A stretch of DNA of 64,000 nt from Alloascoidea hylecoeti (lineage: Eukaryota), in assembly GCA_001600815.1 (NCBI GenBank), contig BCKZ01000002.1, positions 1,248,294 to 1,312,293 on the forward strand, read 5' to 3'. Each line of letters starts with the position of its first letter. Within the stretch, counting starts at the first letter, position 1. This document shows positions 24,171 through 35,701 of the stretch, one piece after another. The notes under the pieces are model-generated. The model worked only from the letters and a program-made list of their open reading frames with translations. It ran no database searches and was not told where the DNA came from. The position numbers were made by a program, and so were the translations under genes.

Positions 24171-24502
24171 TTAGGCTCTCACGGCACGAACACCAGCTTT
24201 TGTTCTAAAAATTGCATCTCCTTCGGCGTATCCTCGACCTAAGCCAAATCCAACACCAATCCAAACGGGCCAAGCACGTCTTTTGAACAATAAAGCTGAA
24301 GCGACGACACCAAAGCCGAAACCTAACCCGGTTTTAACCAAAGTGTTGGAAAGAACAACATCCCACTATTAGAAAAACAAAATACATTAGATCTATGATA
24401 TTCAATTCCATTTTAATTATATTCGGTATTATAACGTACCTTTTCGTTCAGTAGAGCTTGGGAAGGTGTGGTTTTAGGATTTTCAATAGGAACAGCAGAC
24501 AT
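24171..24502 (-). CDS. MIC10: MICOS complex subunit Mic10; exons 24502-24440, 24365-24171
   Basis: Spliced ...[68 protein letters not shown] intron; absent from ORF track. Confidence 0.93.
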
Positions 24503-24508
24503 TTTTTT

Positions 24509-24734
24509 CTAATTAGCATAAATAATGGCTGTTAGTTATTATTCGGTATAGTGTAAAATGTATCGCTTGAATTTTGGAGATGTCACATCTTCAACCTTGT
24601 CCTAGTGTTGTAAAGTGAAATATTTCCAGATATTTCATCAGCTTTAAGATACAACAATAATATTGACAAAGTTCCAGTAGTTATCAAAAAATAATCCTAA
24701 GCTTTCGAATGTGTAGCAAAAATGAATGGCTTAC
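24509..24734 (-). other. 226-nt 5'-UTR intron of MIC10
   Basis: AG|GTAAGC donor, ACTAAC branch-like motif, TAG acceptor 6 nt before the ATG. Confidence 0.6.
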
Positions 24735-25630
24735 CTATTGTGAGAAATGAAGAAAGCAATGAGGGTGGTGTGAATCTGGATATTCCGGCGTCGTTGGATT
24801 TGAAGAGTTGTGAGTGGTGGTGTTAACTTGCATAAGTGCCGCGGACGCCGAGACCTTCATAACTCGCTTCAACTCGTGAAAAGCTACGACCAAATATTAT
24901 TCATCATATGGCCTAAATTAAGTGGAATTATTGTTAATATTAATGAAAATGGGAAATTTTAACTATAGCAACAAATTTAATTAACAATGAAAATGGAGAA
25001 TATTCGATCTTACTATAAACTATCTAGTAATAGTTATTAGTTTTAAGCAGTTAGGACTTTATAGAAGCTTAGGGTCGTAATACAATTCAAAAGATTCTTT
25101 TCAGTCATAATGGATATAAAGTTTATAACAATCATTACAACTTATAAAGAAACGATTGGAGGAAAATTGTGCGGGCATTAGAAACTGGTAGAGAGATCCA
25201 TATTTTATTGATTAAGTAAGATATCGGTAGAAGTATATAAAGTTGAAGTGTAATCGTATTATGATTATAATTGTTTAATTGGGAAAGTATATAATTACGT
25301 TTAACTATTAATTTAGGAGCGAAATTTCCTATTGTAGTTGACGTTAACATTATTGATTAATTCGAGTTTTAATTTTCTATTTAAATACTCCTGGCCATTT
25401 AAAAAGTTTGCCCAACAGATAATAATATTTTATGCAAAGTTATACTAAGTAAAAATGTCAGAAAATCGTAAAGAAAGTACAACTGAATTAAGAGCTGAGG
25501 TATCATACAACTCTACTATTTTAATAATCACTATTAATTATATAAATATGATATCGATACTTTCATTCATTATTATATTAGGTGGTTAACAATACAAATC
25601 AATTTTAAGGTATTTCCATAGTACATTATT

Positions 25631-27178
25631 TTATTTATAATCTATTGGGGAAGAAAATGTGCTTGGATAATTATCTACATCACCATGTGGAGTAACACTA
25701 CCAGTTCTGGTATTACCAGATCTTAAAAACTCTTTAAATTGTTCACGCAATGAAGCATTATCATCAAAAGATCCCGAATTCCTTCTCCCCCAACCAGTTG
25801 GCTGGTGTTTCAAAAATGCACCAACTGCTCCCAAGAAACCTTCATGGCGAAGGAAATAAGCTTTCTTTTCCCCTTGAGACCAGAAATTTATAGCATAGGA
25901 AAGAGTATTCATGGTTTGAGGATGTCCACGAATATATGATCCCCCAAAGTAGATATCTTCTAGGCCATGTCTTTGTGCTTGCAGATAGGCAATTTGACCA
26001 ATGTTATTTGAAATGGCATATAGCAAAGATATGCTGATATCTTCACCACTGAACTTATTTAGTCGTTTCTCCTTGTCCGAGGGGTTTTTTGAAGACGTCA
26101 TATCACCCATATCTGTTTCATTTTTAGTGGCCCGTTTGAAGACTTTCCCAAAACTGCTTGCGATAGTGGATGCTTTCAATCCAATTTTATTGTAATCTGT
26201 CCCATATACATCGCTTACAAGCATATCTACTTGTGAATTATCACCTTTAGCTGCCATATCCAACATCTCGTCATACGATTTTGCATCTGTGAGTAATGAA
26301 AGCAAACCCCAGAGTGTTCCTCCACCTAGAGAAGAACCACCAATTCGAACAAAGTCCTTAGGGCCAGTGACTTGAATCATACTAACACCTGATCCTATAT
26401 TAACCAATAAATAAGGATAAATATTTGGTTTAGCATCCACAAATTGCATATATGACTGTATTTCATCTTTATTTTTGATATGGGAGTCAACATTTGGTTC
26501 TGGATACTGTGTAAAATTGTTAGGTAGATATTCGGCATATAAGAACACTTCGTTGGGGATCTCTGTGATAAAAAAATCTAGTCCAACTATGAGACATTCC
26601 ATCTCATCTTCTCTTGTTATTTCAATACTTAATTCTTGTATCAGTTTCTCATAAAATTTGAAGGATCCTCCACCTGTGGCCATAACTTGTGTTTTGTGAT
26701 TTTTATGAGATGATGAAATATCAGCAGCAGGTATCAAACTCTTCAAGTAGTTAATAAAGTCATCTATTTTCTCGGTTTCAAATTTAATGAAATTTAATCT
26801 TCCGCCTTTACCATTTGGATCTTTTGTGAAGTAAACGATTTTAGCCAATGATCCACCAATATCCAGAGCTAGATGGTCGACATTGGTGTTTTGAAATGGA
26901 AGGGCAATGTCCCTTGATTTTTCTGCACCATTGCTGGTCTTCACTATTTTCAAATAGTCCCGATCCGAGGGAGACAGACGCCCTGATTCGGGAGACCTCG
27001 ATCTGGTAGAAATTGAGTCACAAGTCTGATCTGTATCCGTGGACAAAGGTGTGGTTGATGTGTCGGTGATCTCATTGTCATCATCCACTATAAAAGCGCC
27101 CTCGACGTTAATTATTATTGCGCCAGGATTGAGGATTTTTTGATAATCCGTTGATGCGATATCGGTTTTTATTGACAT
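25631..27178 (-). CDS. CAB1: Type II pantothenate kinase
   Basis: ALDIGGSLAKIVY, MATGGG, EDEMECL, PYLLVNIGSGVS, GGSSLGGGT, FLRHEGFLGAVG. Confidence 0.95.
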   Translation of the reverse strand: MSIKTDIASTDYQKILNPGAIIINVEGAFIVDDDNEITDTSTTPLSTDTDQTCDSISTRSRSPESGRLSPSDRDYLKIVKTSNGAEKSRDIALPFQNTNVDHLALDIGGSLAKIVYFTKDPNGKGGRLNFIKFETEKIDDFINYLKSLIPAADISSSHKNHKTQVMATGGGSFKFYEKLIQELSIEITREDEMECLIVGLDFFITEIPNEVFLYAEYLPNNFTQYPEPNVDSHIKNKDEIQSYMQFVDAKPNIYPYLLVNIGSGVSMIQVTGPKDFVRIGGSSLGGGTLWGLLSLLTDAKSYDEMLDMAAKGDNSQVDMLVSDVYGTDYNKIGLKASTIASSFGKVFKRATKNETDMGDMTSSKNPSDKEKRLNKFSGEDISISLLYAISNNIGQIAYLQAQRHGLEDIYFGGSYIRGHPQTMNTLSYAINFWSQGEKKAYFLRHEGFLGAVGAFLKHQPTGWGRRNSGSFDDNASLREQFKEFLRSGNTRTGSVTPHGDVDNYPSTFSSPIDYK

Positions 27179-27769
27179 GTTGAAATTTTGAAATTTTGAA
27201 ATTTTCGCCGACAACTGACGTTTTCTGGGGTTAACGTTAAGGATGAGACAAGGAATGAAAATTCAAAAGTTAAGAAGAGGAGTAATACAAAAAAAGGGAC
27301 GCCTTTAAAATGAATATATATATATATTTTGTGTAGTACAACTTAGAAAGCGATCTCTAGGTTTATCTCAAGTGTCAAAGATGAAGTGACACAAATTTGC
27401 AAAGGAAAATAATTATTAATAGTGGTAATACTATTAGGTTTACACATTTTTCACAAAAAGCATTACAAATCATTTATCGAAAATTATCGAAACCTCCAGG
27501 AAAGTGACCAATTGAAAATTCTATTGCTATACATTGAATATATATTTCCAAAAACTTTTTTATTTCTTCGTTTGTTGTGGATCTATGCATCTGTTAGCTT
27601 GCCTATAGCTATAGGATTGTTAAAATTTTGTATATATATGCTATGTTCTATAATTTTATAGCGTTATATTATTATTTCATATAACGGTCTCTTTCGAGCT
27701 TATCTTACCCAACAAAACACCGTAAATCTTAATCCATGATATATATGCGTATAGTCGCCGTATACTCAG

Positions 27770-28100
27770 GAATTTTGGGTGAAGACCCTCAGTCCTCACT
27801 CAAATTCCATAGACATTAAATTTAGGGGTTTTGACGGAATTTAGAGTTATCATTCCTCTATTATATCTCAGGCGAAAAGAATGCAATTCTGATGTGTTTC
27901 GAGCTGGAAATCTTTGAATGGTAAATTTTGACGTGTTCGGATATGATCTTATCGCCAAACTCATGAAAACGTTTTAGATTAGCCACACAAACACTTTTTA
28001 GACAAAATTAAACAAGCTCCTACTCCACATTGAGTCTACAAGAGTGTGTAGAAATATTTGTTTTCAGTAAGAATCTTGTTGTGATAATCTACGGTGGAAA
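27770..28100 (-). mobile_element. Possible decayed MULE/FAR1-like transposase fragment
   Basis: Broken frames give VDYHNKILTENKYFY and NLKRFHEFGDKII, reminiscent of FAR1/MULE 'ENPxFFY' and 'YxxFGDVV'; weak. Confidence 0.3.
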
Positions 28101-28898
28101 TGATCGTAAAGAGTCGATTTTGAGATAACTTTCATATAAGATTCCTGTTTGTTTTGTTAGTTCAAAAGTTGAGAGTATGAGTTTGTTCTTACGCTTTTTC
28201 TCATTCGTTCGTGTGCTTATACGTGGCATTTGAATTTCTAGTGGTGGTTCGGTTGTGATTGAAAGAAGTACTAGTTATGTGCAGCAAATTCAGATGTTTT
28301 CCCCGTGTTGAAGGTCAACCAAAATTTATAAATCTTCTTAATTCGAACAACTTACCACAGTATTATCCATAAAAATACACCTAAAGTATCGTCCAAGCTC
28401 AGGTGCATCCAATAATATCTATATATAAAATATCCAGCTGATAATAGACACTGAAAAATAGCGTTGAAGTATTGGTTCTGCTAATCTAAATACTCTGAAT
28501 CGGAGAAGAAATCTCACTTCACAACAGAAACAAAAATTATAAATATATTTAAAAAACATTATCAGAATAAAGAGATCAAGCAGATTTTATTGATATTATT
28601 TAATTTAATTTAATTTAATTTATATTTATATTTATGTTTATGTTTATATTTTATTTGTTATTGGTTTAGAAGATCGTGGTTTTAACTACTTACTTTGGTA
28701 GTCGTCTCGGTCGACCTGCGGGCGGTATCGTATCAATTGAGTGATTCAACAATGCAAGTAAAATGTGGGTGTGATCTAGATCCAGAATTAGAGATAGTAT
28801 TTATATCCGGGTAATCAATACTCCCCCAGTTTTCGTCCACAAAGTGACAAACATAAACCTAATTAAATCAATCTTCTCTATAGCTAATTATAACAAAA

Positions 28899-31091
28899 AT
28901 GGTGCCACCACGTAAATTTACAACACTGGAGTTACTTCCCCCTGAGGTAATGACGCAAATTATATCACATCTTGATTCATATAGCTTTATTCAACTATTG
29001 AAATCTTGTCGACACTTTGCTATATTATGTAAACAAGAGGAAGAGATATTCTATGAAAACGAGATTTCTCTACATGTACCCTTTCCAGAAAGAATCAAAG
29101 CGTTTAGAAGGATAAAATTGTCAAATGGTAGATATAAAAGGCCAAAGATAAAGGAATTAAAAAACAATGATAAATCTGAATATTATCATGAAGAGTCTTG
29201 GAAGGAGGTTTCACGGCGATATCATAGATTAAATCATAATTATTTAAAAACCATTCGACCACGAGATGTGAAAATGCTTGAAGTTCCTTTCTTCACTGAA
29301 AATTACCGTTCAAAATGGAGCCGTGATTTAAAAATGGTACCAACACACCCATTTTCACTACTTTTTATTTCGGGTATTGATTGTCATTTGAGAACATTAC
29401 CTAATGGTAAAAGACAAGTAGTATTTAATTTACCTATCATCCAGCATGAAGAAGATTTTTTTGAAGAAAAAGCGTTAGTAATCGATTTTGAGACCGGTGA
29501 AATGGATATGATTGTAATTAAACGATTCCCTGAAAACCCAGGTCGTCCCATCCGAGAAAGACCCGTGGTCGTTTTACAACCACTCGATCGGAGTTACTTT
29601 AAAGGGATTTTGTTTGGATATGTTTGGAATTTTAAAATTTATAGCAAGATAGTAAATGATCCTCTAGCTCCATTTCCCTTAGCTGTAGAGGGAAGAAATG
29701 TGAGGCGGGGTCAGGGTGGGTCTATTATATCACATTTTGATAGAGTATGGAATGAAAGACATGCTACATTTTACGATGGAGTGTTATATTTTACAAATTT
29801 TCCAAGCCGAACTACAAATCGATATCCTTCAAGGTTCAGAGACCCCATGCAAAATTCGAGGATCGGACGTGGAGCACAAAATAACTTAGATGATGTTGTT
29901 CTAGACTTCTTCATGGAAATGGCAGCGGATATACTAGATGATGAAGGTAGGGAGGGTGAAGATGAAGAAGAAGATGATAATGAAGATGATGAACATCAAC
30001 AAAGTGGAGAGTACTATATTGAAGCATTCAAATCGCTTGATCCAGATACTGGTGATTGTGAACTTTTATGGCGGCATTTTTATGATACAAAAGATTTCAG
30101 AATCAAAAATATTGACTCCGTTTCAATGTGTGCGAATAAACATTTTTTATTTATAAATATTGATGATGGAGAATTTGGTGGGGAAAGATGTGATGTATAT
30201 GTTGTTTCAAAAAGTAACGGGGAGGTGATTGCGAGTCAAAAAGATTTCTCAAGCTTCAATGGTGAGGTTCGTTCATCAACCTTATTAACGTTTTCTTCGT
30301 CACATCTATATATCTGGAAGAAAAATTTGTTGGGGGCTATTTCATTAAAAGATTTCTTCACGAAGGGTTGCGAGTATAATGAAGATTTCTTTAAGGGGTT
30401 AGAAAATAAAGTATCAGACATGAAGGATATTGAAGAGAGGAAAACATTGCAAAATTTAATAAGGTTGAAATCTGAAAATTTACACGAACAAACCATTACC
30501 AATTTCACTAAGCCGCTATGGAAGAAAATGCCTTATAGAAACGTCAAGGATTTTCAGTTATCAGACGATGAAAGATTTCTGTTTATAATTGAAGGTTCAG
30601 GTAAACCAGCTATTATATTTGATTTATTAGAGTATAAAGCAGTAAAATATAAAAAGCTTGGTGACTACTTGATCTATGACGTTATTATGATTGATGAGGA
30701 ATATAATGCATATGCATTGACTGATAAGATAGTAGAATCGATGTCTATTGAATATGAAGCACATGAATTTATTAATAAGGAAAAATTAAGATTATTTGAT
30801 TCATATGAAGAGGATATTGAACAAGATTTATATAGTGAACATGAAAATGATATTGATGAACTTGATGATAATAATGGTTCCATTGGAAATTTTACAAAGC
30901 TTGTTACTATGCAATCAAGAAATATATTAGGGGAGGAAATTGAAGAAGAAGAATTTCAAAATTCGCTTAAGAGGCCTGTGGAAATAGGGATGCCGTCTAC
31001 AGGTATCTCCGAATCTGATGAACTCAAATCAAATCCCGCGGTCTCGAACAAAAAAAGGCAAAGAACACAAGAGATAATATCATTCATATGA
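28899..31091 (+). CDS. F-box protein (730 aa), lineage-specific C-terminus
   Basis: N-terminal LELLPPEVMTQIISHLD..SFIQLLKSCRHF F-box motif. Confidence 0.85.
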   Translation: MVPPRKFTTLELLPPEVMTQIISHLDSYSFIQLLKSCRHFAILCKQEEEIFYENEISLHVPFPERIKAFRRIKLSNGRYKRPKIKELKNNDKSEYYHEESWKEVSRRYHRLNHNYLKTIRPRDVKMLEVPFFTENYRSKWSRDLKMVPTHPFSLLFISGIDCHLRTLPNGKRQVVFNLPIIQHEEDFFEEKALVIDFETGEMDMIVIKRFPENPGRPIRERPVVVLQPLDRSYFKGILFGYVWNFKIYSKIVNDPLAPFPLAVEGRNVRRGQGGSIISHFDRVWNERHATFYDGVLYFTNFPSRTTNRYPSRFRDPMQNSRIGRGAQNNLDDVVLDFFMEMAADILDDEGREGEDEEEDDNEDDEHQQSGEYYIEAFKSLDPDTGDCELLWRHFYDTKDFRIKNIDSVSMCANKHFLFINIDDGEFGGERCDVYVVSKSNGEVIASQKDFSSFNGEVRSSTLLTFSSSHLYIWKKNLLGAISLKDFFTKGCEYNEDFFKGLENKVSDMKDIEERKTLQNLIRLKSENLHEQTITNFTKPLWKKMPYRNVKDFQLSDDERFLFIIEGSGKPAIIFDLLEYKAVKYKKLGDYLIYDVIMIDEEYNAYALTDKIVESMSIEYEAHEFINKEKLRLFDSYEEDIEQDLYSEHENDIDELDDNNGSIGNFTKLVTMQSRNILGEEIEEEEFQNSLKRPVEIGMPSTGISESDELKSNPAVSNKKRQRTQEIISFI

Positions 31092-31419
31092 TGAGGAGAT
31101 AATATGTTTGAGAAGTACATTGTATGTAATCAGAAATATGAATGTATAATGTGAGTTAAATGGGAACCAGGAATAGTTGTCGCTAGCAGAGCCTTACATA
31201 ATTCCGTTTCTAAATATAATCTTTTAAGTCTATAACAGTAGTAATGATGACAGATATTTCTATTTGACAGAAATTCCAGTTGAACACATTAATCTGGAGA
31301 GAGGCAATTTTAAAGGCTCAAATTTATACTTCCATATATTATAAATATTTTGAGGTTCAAAGGTCCGACTGTTGTGAAACATAAGGCTTGTAACGACAGA
31401 ACATTCGTCACTAAATACA

Positions 31420-32290
31420 ACGACATCCAAAACGTCCTAAGACTATCTTAATCCATTTTTAGATCATATATATATTTTCTGTTCATTTCGTATTCTTATT
31501 CAAAAAAAGCTCTTCATGTACCGGAAATATTCTATAACCATTTTTTTCAGAAGGGTTGTCTTTGGAGTGATGTCAACTTAAGACTTGGCCCTGTTGTTCC
31601 TATAATCAATTCCTTAATTCGTGAAACAGATATGAGGAGAGGTTAGGGTATTATATCGCACTCTGATAGAATATGAAATCAAAGTTATGCTACTTTAAAA
31701 ATTTGCGAAACAACTATTGTAAAGCCCATGGTCAACTGCCTGAAATCAGCCACAGATCTAGAGAGCATATTAAAAATATAAAGTTCAAATGAATTTAGAT
31801 GATGTGATGGGATCATAGCAGTTGTAACTATCAACTTCAACTAGGTAGAGAATTCGAATATTAAATTAATACTTGATAAATCTCTTATTTCAGTTACTAG
31901 TACTACCAATATGTGAATTAACGGAACTTCATAAATGTTTTATCATATGTTCTATAAATGATATCCCAATAAGAGATGTCTCATTATGCTTCAAACCCAT
32001 TACATGTAAATAAACATTTTTTCTATTAATGGAATTCGAAGATATAGAAAAAGATATGGTCTAAATCTTGTCTCAAAAAGTAATCACTCAATTATTGCAA
32101 AACAAAAAGCTATCTCGGAAACCACAGGCGGCTGTAATCTTGTACATTTTCTATGGCTAGCCTAGGTTAACTTCTTTGAATTCATATAGCATGAGAGCTA
32201 TTTCACTAAAGGGGGACTTAAGGGATTGAAAGATGGAGATTATCACGCATAGCGGAAAACCCTGCGACTATTATTGATTTAAGGTTTGAA
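31420..32290 (+). pseudogene. Decayed tandem paralogue of the adjacent F-box gene
   Basis: ETDMRRG*GIISHSDRI*NQSYAT vs GRNVRRGQGGSIISHFDRVWNERHAT; VNKHFF vs ANKHFL; LVSKSNHSIIAKQKAIS vs VVSKSNGEVIASQKDFS; AISLK vs AISLK; collinear, with stops and frameshifts. Confidence 0.85.
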
Positions 32291-32895
32291 GGAGTTATGA
32301 AGACAAGGGTTATGGTAATGTTACGTATGATGAGTACTTTAAAGAAGACAATATAACAAATGAGGGGATAGCATGGACTGTTAATGAATATATAAGCTCG
32401 AGAAGTGTAAAAAGAAGACCCAACAATTTATTAAAAAAAGTTTAAGTAACGGTTTTATGTAAACATATCTATGAAGTGAAAATGAAGTGGATTAGAATGA
32501 ATTTAATTAAGATTACATAACGATTGAATATTTTACAGATCTTGATAATATATATACAACTAAAAAATATAACTGGGAGAAATTTTGAACAAAGTAAAAT
32601 CGTACCCAGGGCCGACAATTAAGTTTTAGCATTAATAGCCATAACATAATCTAGACTAAAAAAGATATATATGTATATATATTATGCGATAAATGTTTGA
32701 AACTATTAACTTATAGCTAATATCAAATGAGATGCATATATGATGATGATGATGAAATAAATAGACGACAACAAAATTAGATGCATAAAACGTTATAACT
32801 AGCCAGAATTGATGTGAAATGGAAAATCTGACAGATATGTGCTAAATCTGGGGAAGGCAATAAAATAAAATAAAAAGAGATAATAATATTGTGGA

Positions 32896-33534
32896 TCATG
32901 ACAGTGATGCAGTTGAGGAAGATTTTCCAAATAGGCTGAAATGCCTTTTAGTGACAGAAAGAAGGGATTCCCGCGGCTTCGTGGTAGACTTTGCAGCGGA
33001 GAAGGAATGGCGTTTAAGTTTTGAACGTACAGATTGGAAAGAATTTCTTCTTGCCTTTGAAGATGAACTTTCCATTGAGGTAGCCGAAGATCTTTGAGAG
33101 ATGAGGGAATATGAAGAAATTGAAGAGGCTGTTGATCTTACTTCAGGGCCAGGCTCGCCGAAATTGTTGAAAGGATGTAAGAGAGATGGTGTTGAAAGAG
33201 ACCCGCATTTATTAAGGGTGATGGGAATAGAACTCTTAGACCGTACATGCTTTGAAGCAACGGAATTATGAGGAGTATCGTATTGCATGGGAGTGTATCC
33301 AAGCGTACGGTCCAATTGCTGGGTGGTATCTCTTGACGAGTCTTCCTCGTCTTCCTCCTCTGTTATTACATAATCCACGACACAGGAGTGTCGCTGTCTT
33401 GCACGTGAAAGGGCGATTATGTCAAGATCTATGGGTTGTGACGAAGGTCTTGGGTTCGGAGATCCAGATGTGAGGGTGTGGGAAGTGATTGCGAGGGAAC
33501 GACGATGGAAAGAGTTGCTTTTCTGGTGGGACAT
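32896..33534 (-). CDS. Serine-rich hypothetical protein (212 aa)
   Basis: ATG ORF in a GC-elevated stretch, low complexity with RRxS motifs; no domain recognised. Confidence 0.7.
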   Translation of the reverse strand: MSHQKSNSFHRRSLAITSHTLTSGSPNPRPSSQPIDLDIIALSRARQRHSCVVDYVITEEEDEEDSSRDTTQQLDRTLGYTPMQYDTPHNSVASKHVRSKSSIPITLNKCGSLSTPSLLHPFNNFGEPGPEVRSTASSISSYSLISQRSSATSMESSSSKARRNSFQSVRSKLKRHSFSAAKSTTKPRESLLSVTKRHFSLFGKSSSTASLS

Positions 33535-34732
33535 GGCGGAGTAAAAAGGAGTGTTGAAACAAAGGAACGAACAGTAGTTGGGCGTGTTGTTGGGTCAAAG
33601 ACTCGAAAGTTGCAATTGGTCTGAAAAATCAGCGGAAAGGCTTATTATATATTTTATAATATTTTACATATTATGATATTATTATCCCTCATTCAGGTCT
33701 AAGTGGGTTTGTTTGCACATCGGGTTCGATACATGCACAAGACCGGTATATCAGGCCCTACCCATTTCTATCGGGTCTAGGTCTCTTTCCGATTGTGCCC
33801 CTGTAGGCACGTAAATCTATTAATAACACACCAACCTTCAATTGCAATTAGATATTGTTAACGTTCTTACAATTGTCGAATTCTATTCATTCAACCTTCT
33901 TCTTCAGGTAACTAACCAGTCTCTATCTAGATCAACAGCTCAGCCGCTGCTTCGAACTCCTGATAGCAAATATGGTTTACAATGTCAATCGTAACTGTGG
34001 ATAATTAAAAGCTCCTTTCTAGTATGGCAAATATTGATGCTAGTTTGTACCGTATGCGTAGCCTTTGTCATTATGATTATTCGTCATTTCTAAAGGTACT
34101 GTGGCTTAGGCTTTATAAAATTCATATTTAAAGGTCAAATCTTGATCAAGTGGACAACAAATCTCTAGTATTACATGTATGGTACTGTACGTATTTTCCC
34201 AAAATCCACTATCTGGTTCAAAATGGATTAATTCACTGAATTTTAGAAGCAATGCAGGTATTTTGAAAGATTTCGGGAAATTAGATAATATAGGCACATA
34301 ATTATAATTAGTTTCAATTAATGCTTAAAGAAACACATACCCTATTTGGGAAACAGTTACTTAATTACAACAAACATCTTGAAATATTTCTTTTTGTATT
34401 TATACCTTTTAGTTTTAGTTTGGTTTCTTTATATGCATAAATAACACAAAAGTGAGTTCAAGGAAAATTTATGATCGGTCATATCGCAAGCGTTATCTAT
34501 AACCAGGTTTATTGCTAGGATTAAAATTTTGCTTTCCTGATGAAATTTCATAATATTTCTCTAGTGATATATTTTTCAAATTTAAAAAACTTCACTATTA
34601 TATAAGCAATCGGGAAAGCTCAGTCTACTATAAATGCAGATATATTTACTTTGAAATCTATTCAAAATACACATATTAATTATTAATTAGTTTCTATTAT
34701 TATTAAAACATTAAGTTGGGAGTAAAATACAT

Positions 34733-35701
34733 TTAGCATTTAAGGTTATTATTGACCCGTTCTAAGTCCGTTTTATAATCATTAACATTAAAATTGTTAA
34801 TTGTGACGTCAGGACTCATTATAACCCAACCCGATCTCATTTTAATGGGATATTTCGTTCCAACATGGCTAGGAATAATGTGTAATTTCCTACTCTTATT
34901 TGTTGAAATATCTTCAGCAATCTTATAAATAAGTTCAGGAACGGCATTAGAAGGTGAGGATGGAGATGGAGAATTTGGTGATAATGGTGAATCAGACTGT
35001 AAACCAGTTGCACGACTTAAAGCCCCCTTTCTATAAACAGGACCTTTAATACACATCCAACAATGCCATTGTTTCTCTTGTGTTGTTTCTGGGAATGGCC
35101 CATCATTAAGATCCGCAGTTGAAATTGCAGCTTTTGGTGCACACTTTTTATCTATAACAGGAACAAACACTAATTCTTCCAAAGGTCGGAAAGCTTTACC
35201 CCAACCTCTTTTATTGTTAATCAGTTTAGCTAATTCCGAAATCTTCTGTCTTGATGACCAGATAAATAAATAACCTGGCTGTGAACAGAGCTTATCAATT
35301 GGGAATTGACTCAAAAGCGGATAAATATACTGATTTTCAGTCATAGCTCCAAGTACAATGACATCAAAATTTAGTCCATCCCTATTTATCCATTTATTCA
35401 AAGTGTCTGACATTTTCTCTGGTCTAACCTTTGTTGCAAATGGTTTAGTCTTATATTTAGAAACAATAGATGAAGAAATTTTATTATTTTCTTTGTAATT
35501 AGTATTACAATCATTGTTGCTATATGGCTTTTTAAATGTTGTTATGGTGTTTGCTGCTGTTGTAGGTGATACTTCACTTGTAAAAGTATATCCATTATAA
35601 TTGTCTATCAAACTTTCAAAACCATCAATATCTAGTAGTGATGATTCTGGGATTGAATTATTAGATAGTCTAGGAACATGTTGAGGGTAAATTGAAGTCA
35701 T
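34733..35701 (-). CDS. KAR4: Kar4 (MT-A70/METTL14-like), divergent
   Basis: FDVIVLGAMTENQYIYPLL, PGYLFIW, EELVFVP, QWHCWMCI, AVP..Y.IAE, GWVIMSPDV; likely start MTSIYP at 35701. Confidence 0.88.
   Translation of the reverse strand: MTSIYPQHVPRLSNNSIPESSLLDIDGFESLIDNYNGYTFTSEVSPTTAANTITTFKKPYSNNDCNTNYKENNKISSSIVSKYKTKPFATKVRPEKMSDTLNKWINRDGLNFDVIVLGAMTENQYIYPLLSQFPIDKLCSQPGYLFIWSSRQKISELAKLINNKRGWGKAFRPLEELVFVPVIDKKCAPKAAISTADLNDGPFPETTQEKQWHCWMCIKGPVYRKGALSRATGLQSDSPLSPNSPSPSSPSNAVPELIYKIAEDISTNKSRKLHIIPSHVGTKYPIKMRSGWVIMSPDVTINNFNVNDYKTDLERVNNNLKC

Noticed and set aside
28597..28652. (TTAAT)n and (TTTATR)n microsatellites
   Set aside because: Ordinary low-complexity AT-rich sequence.
33722..33731. 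GGTTCGATAC B-box suggesting a tRNA (also GTTCGATACC near 52036)
   Set aside because: No cloverleaf or acceptor stem can be built.
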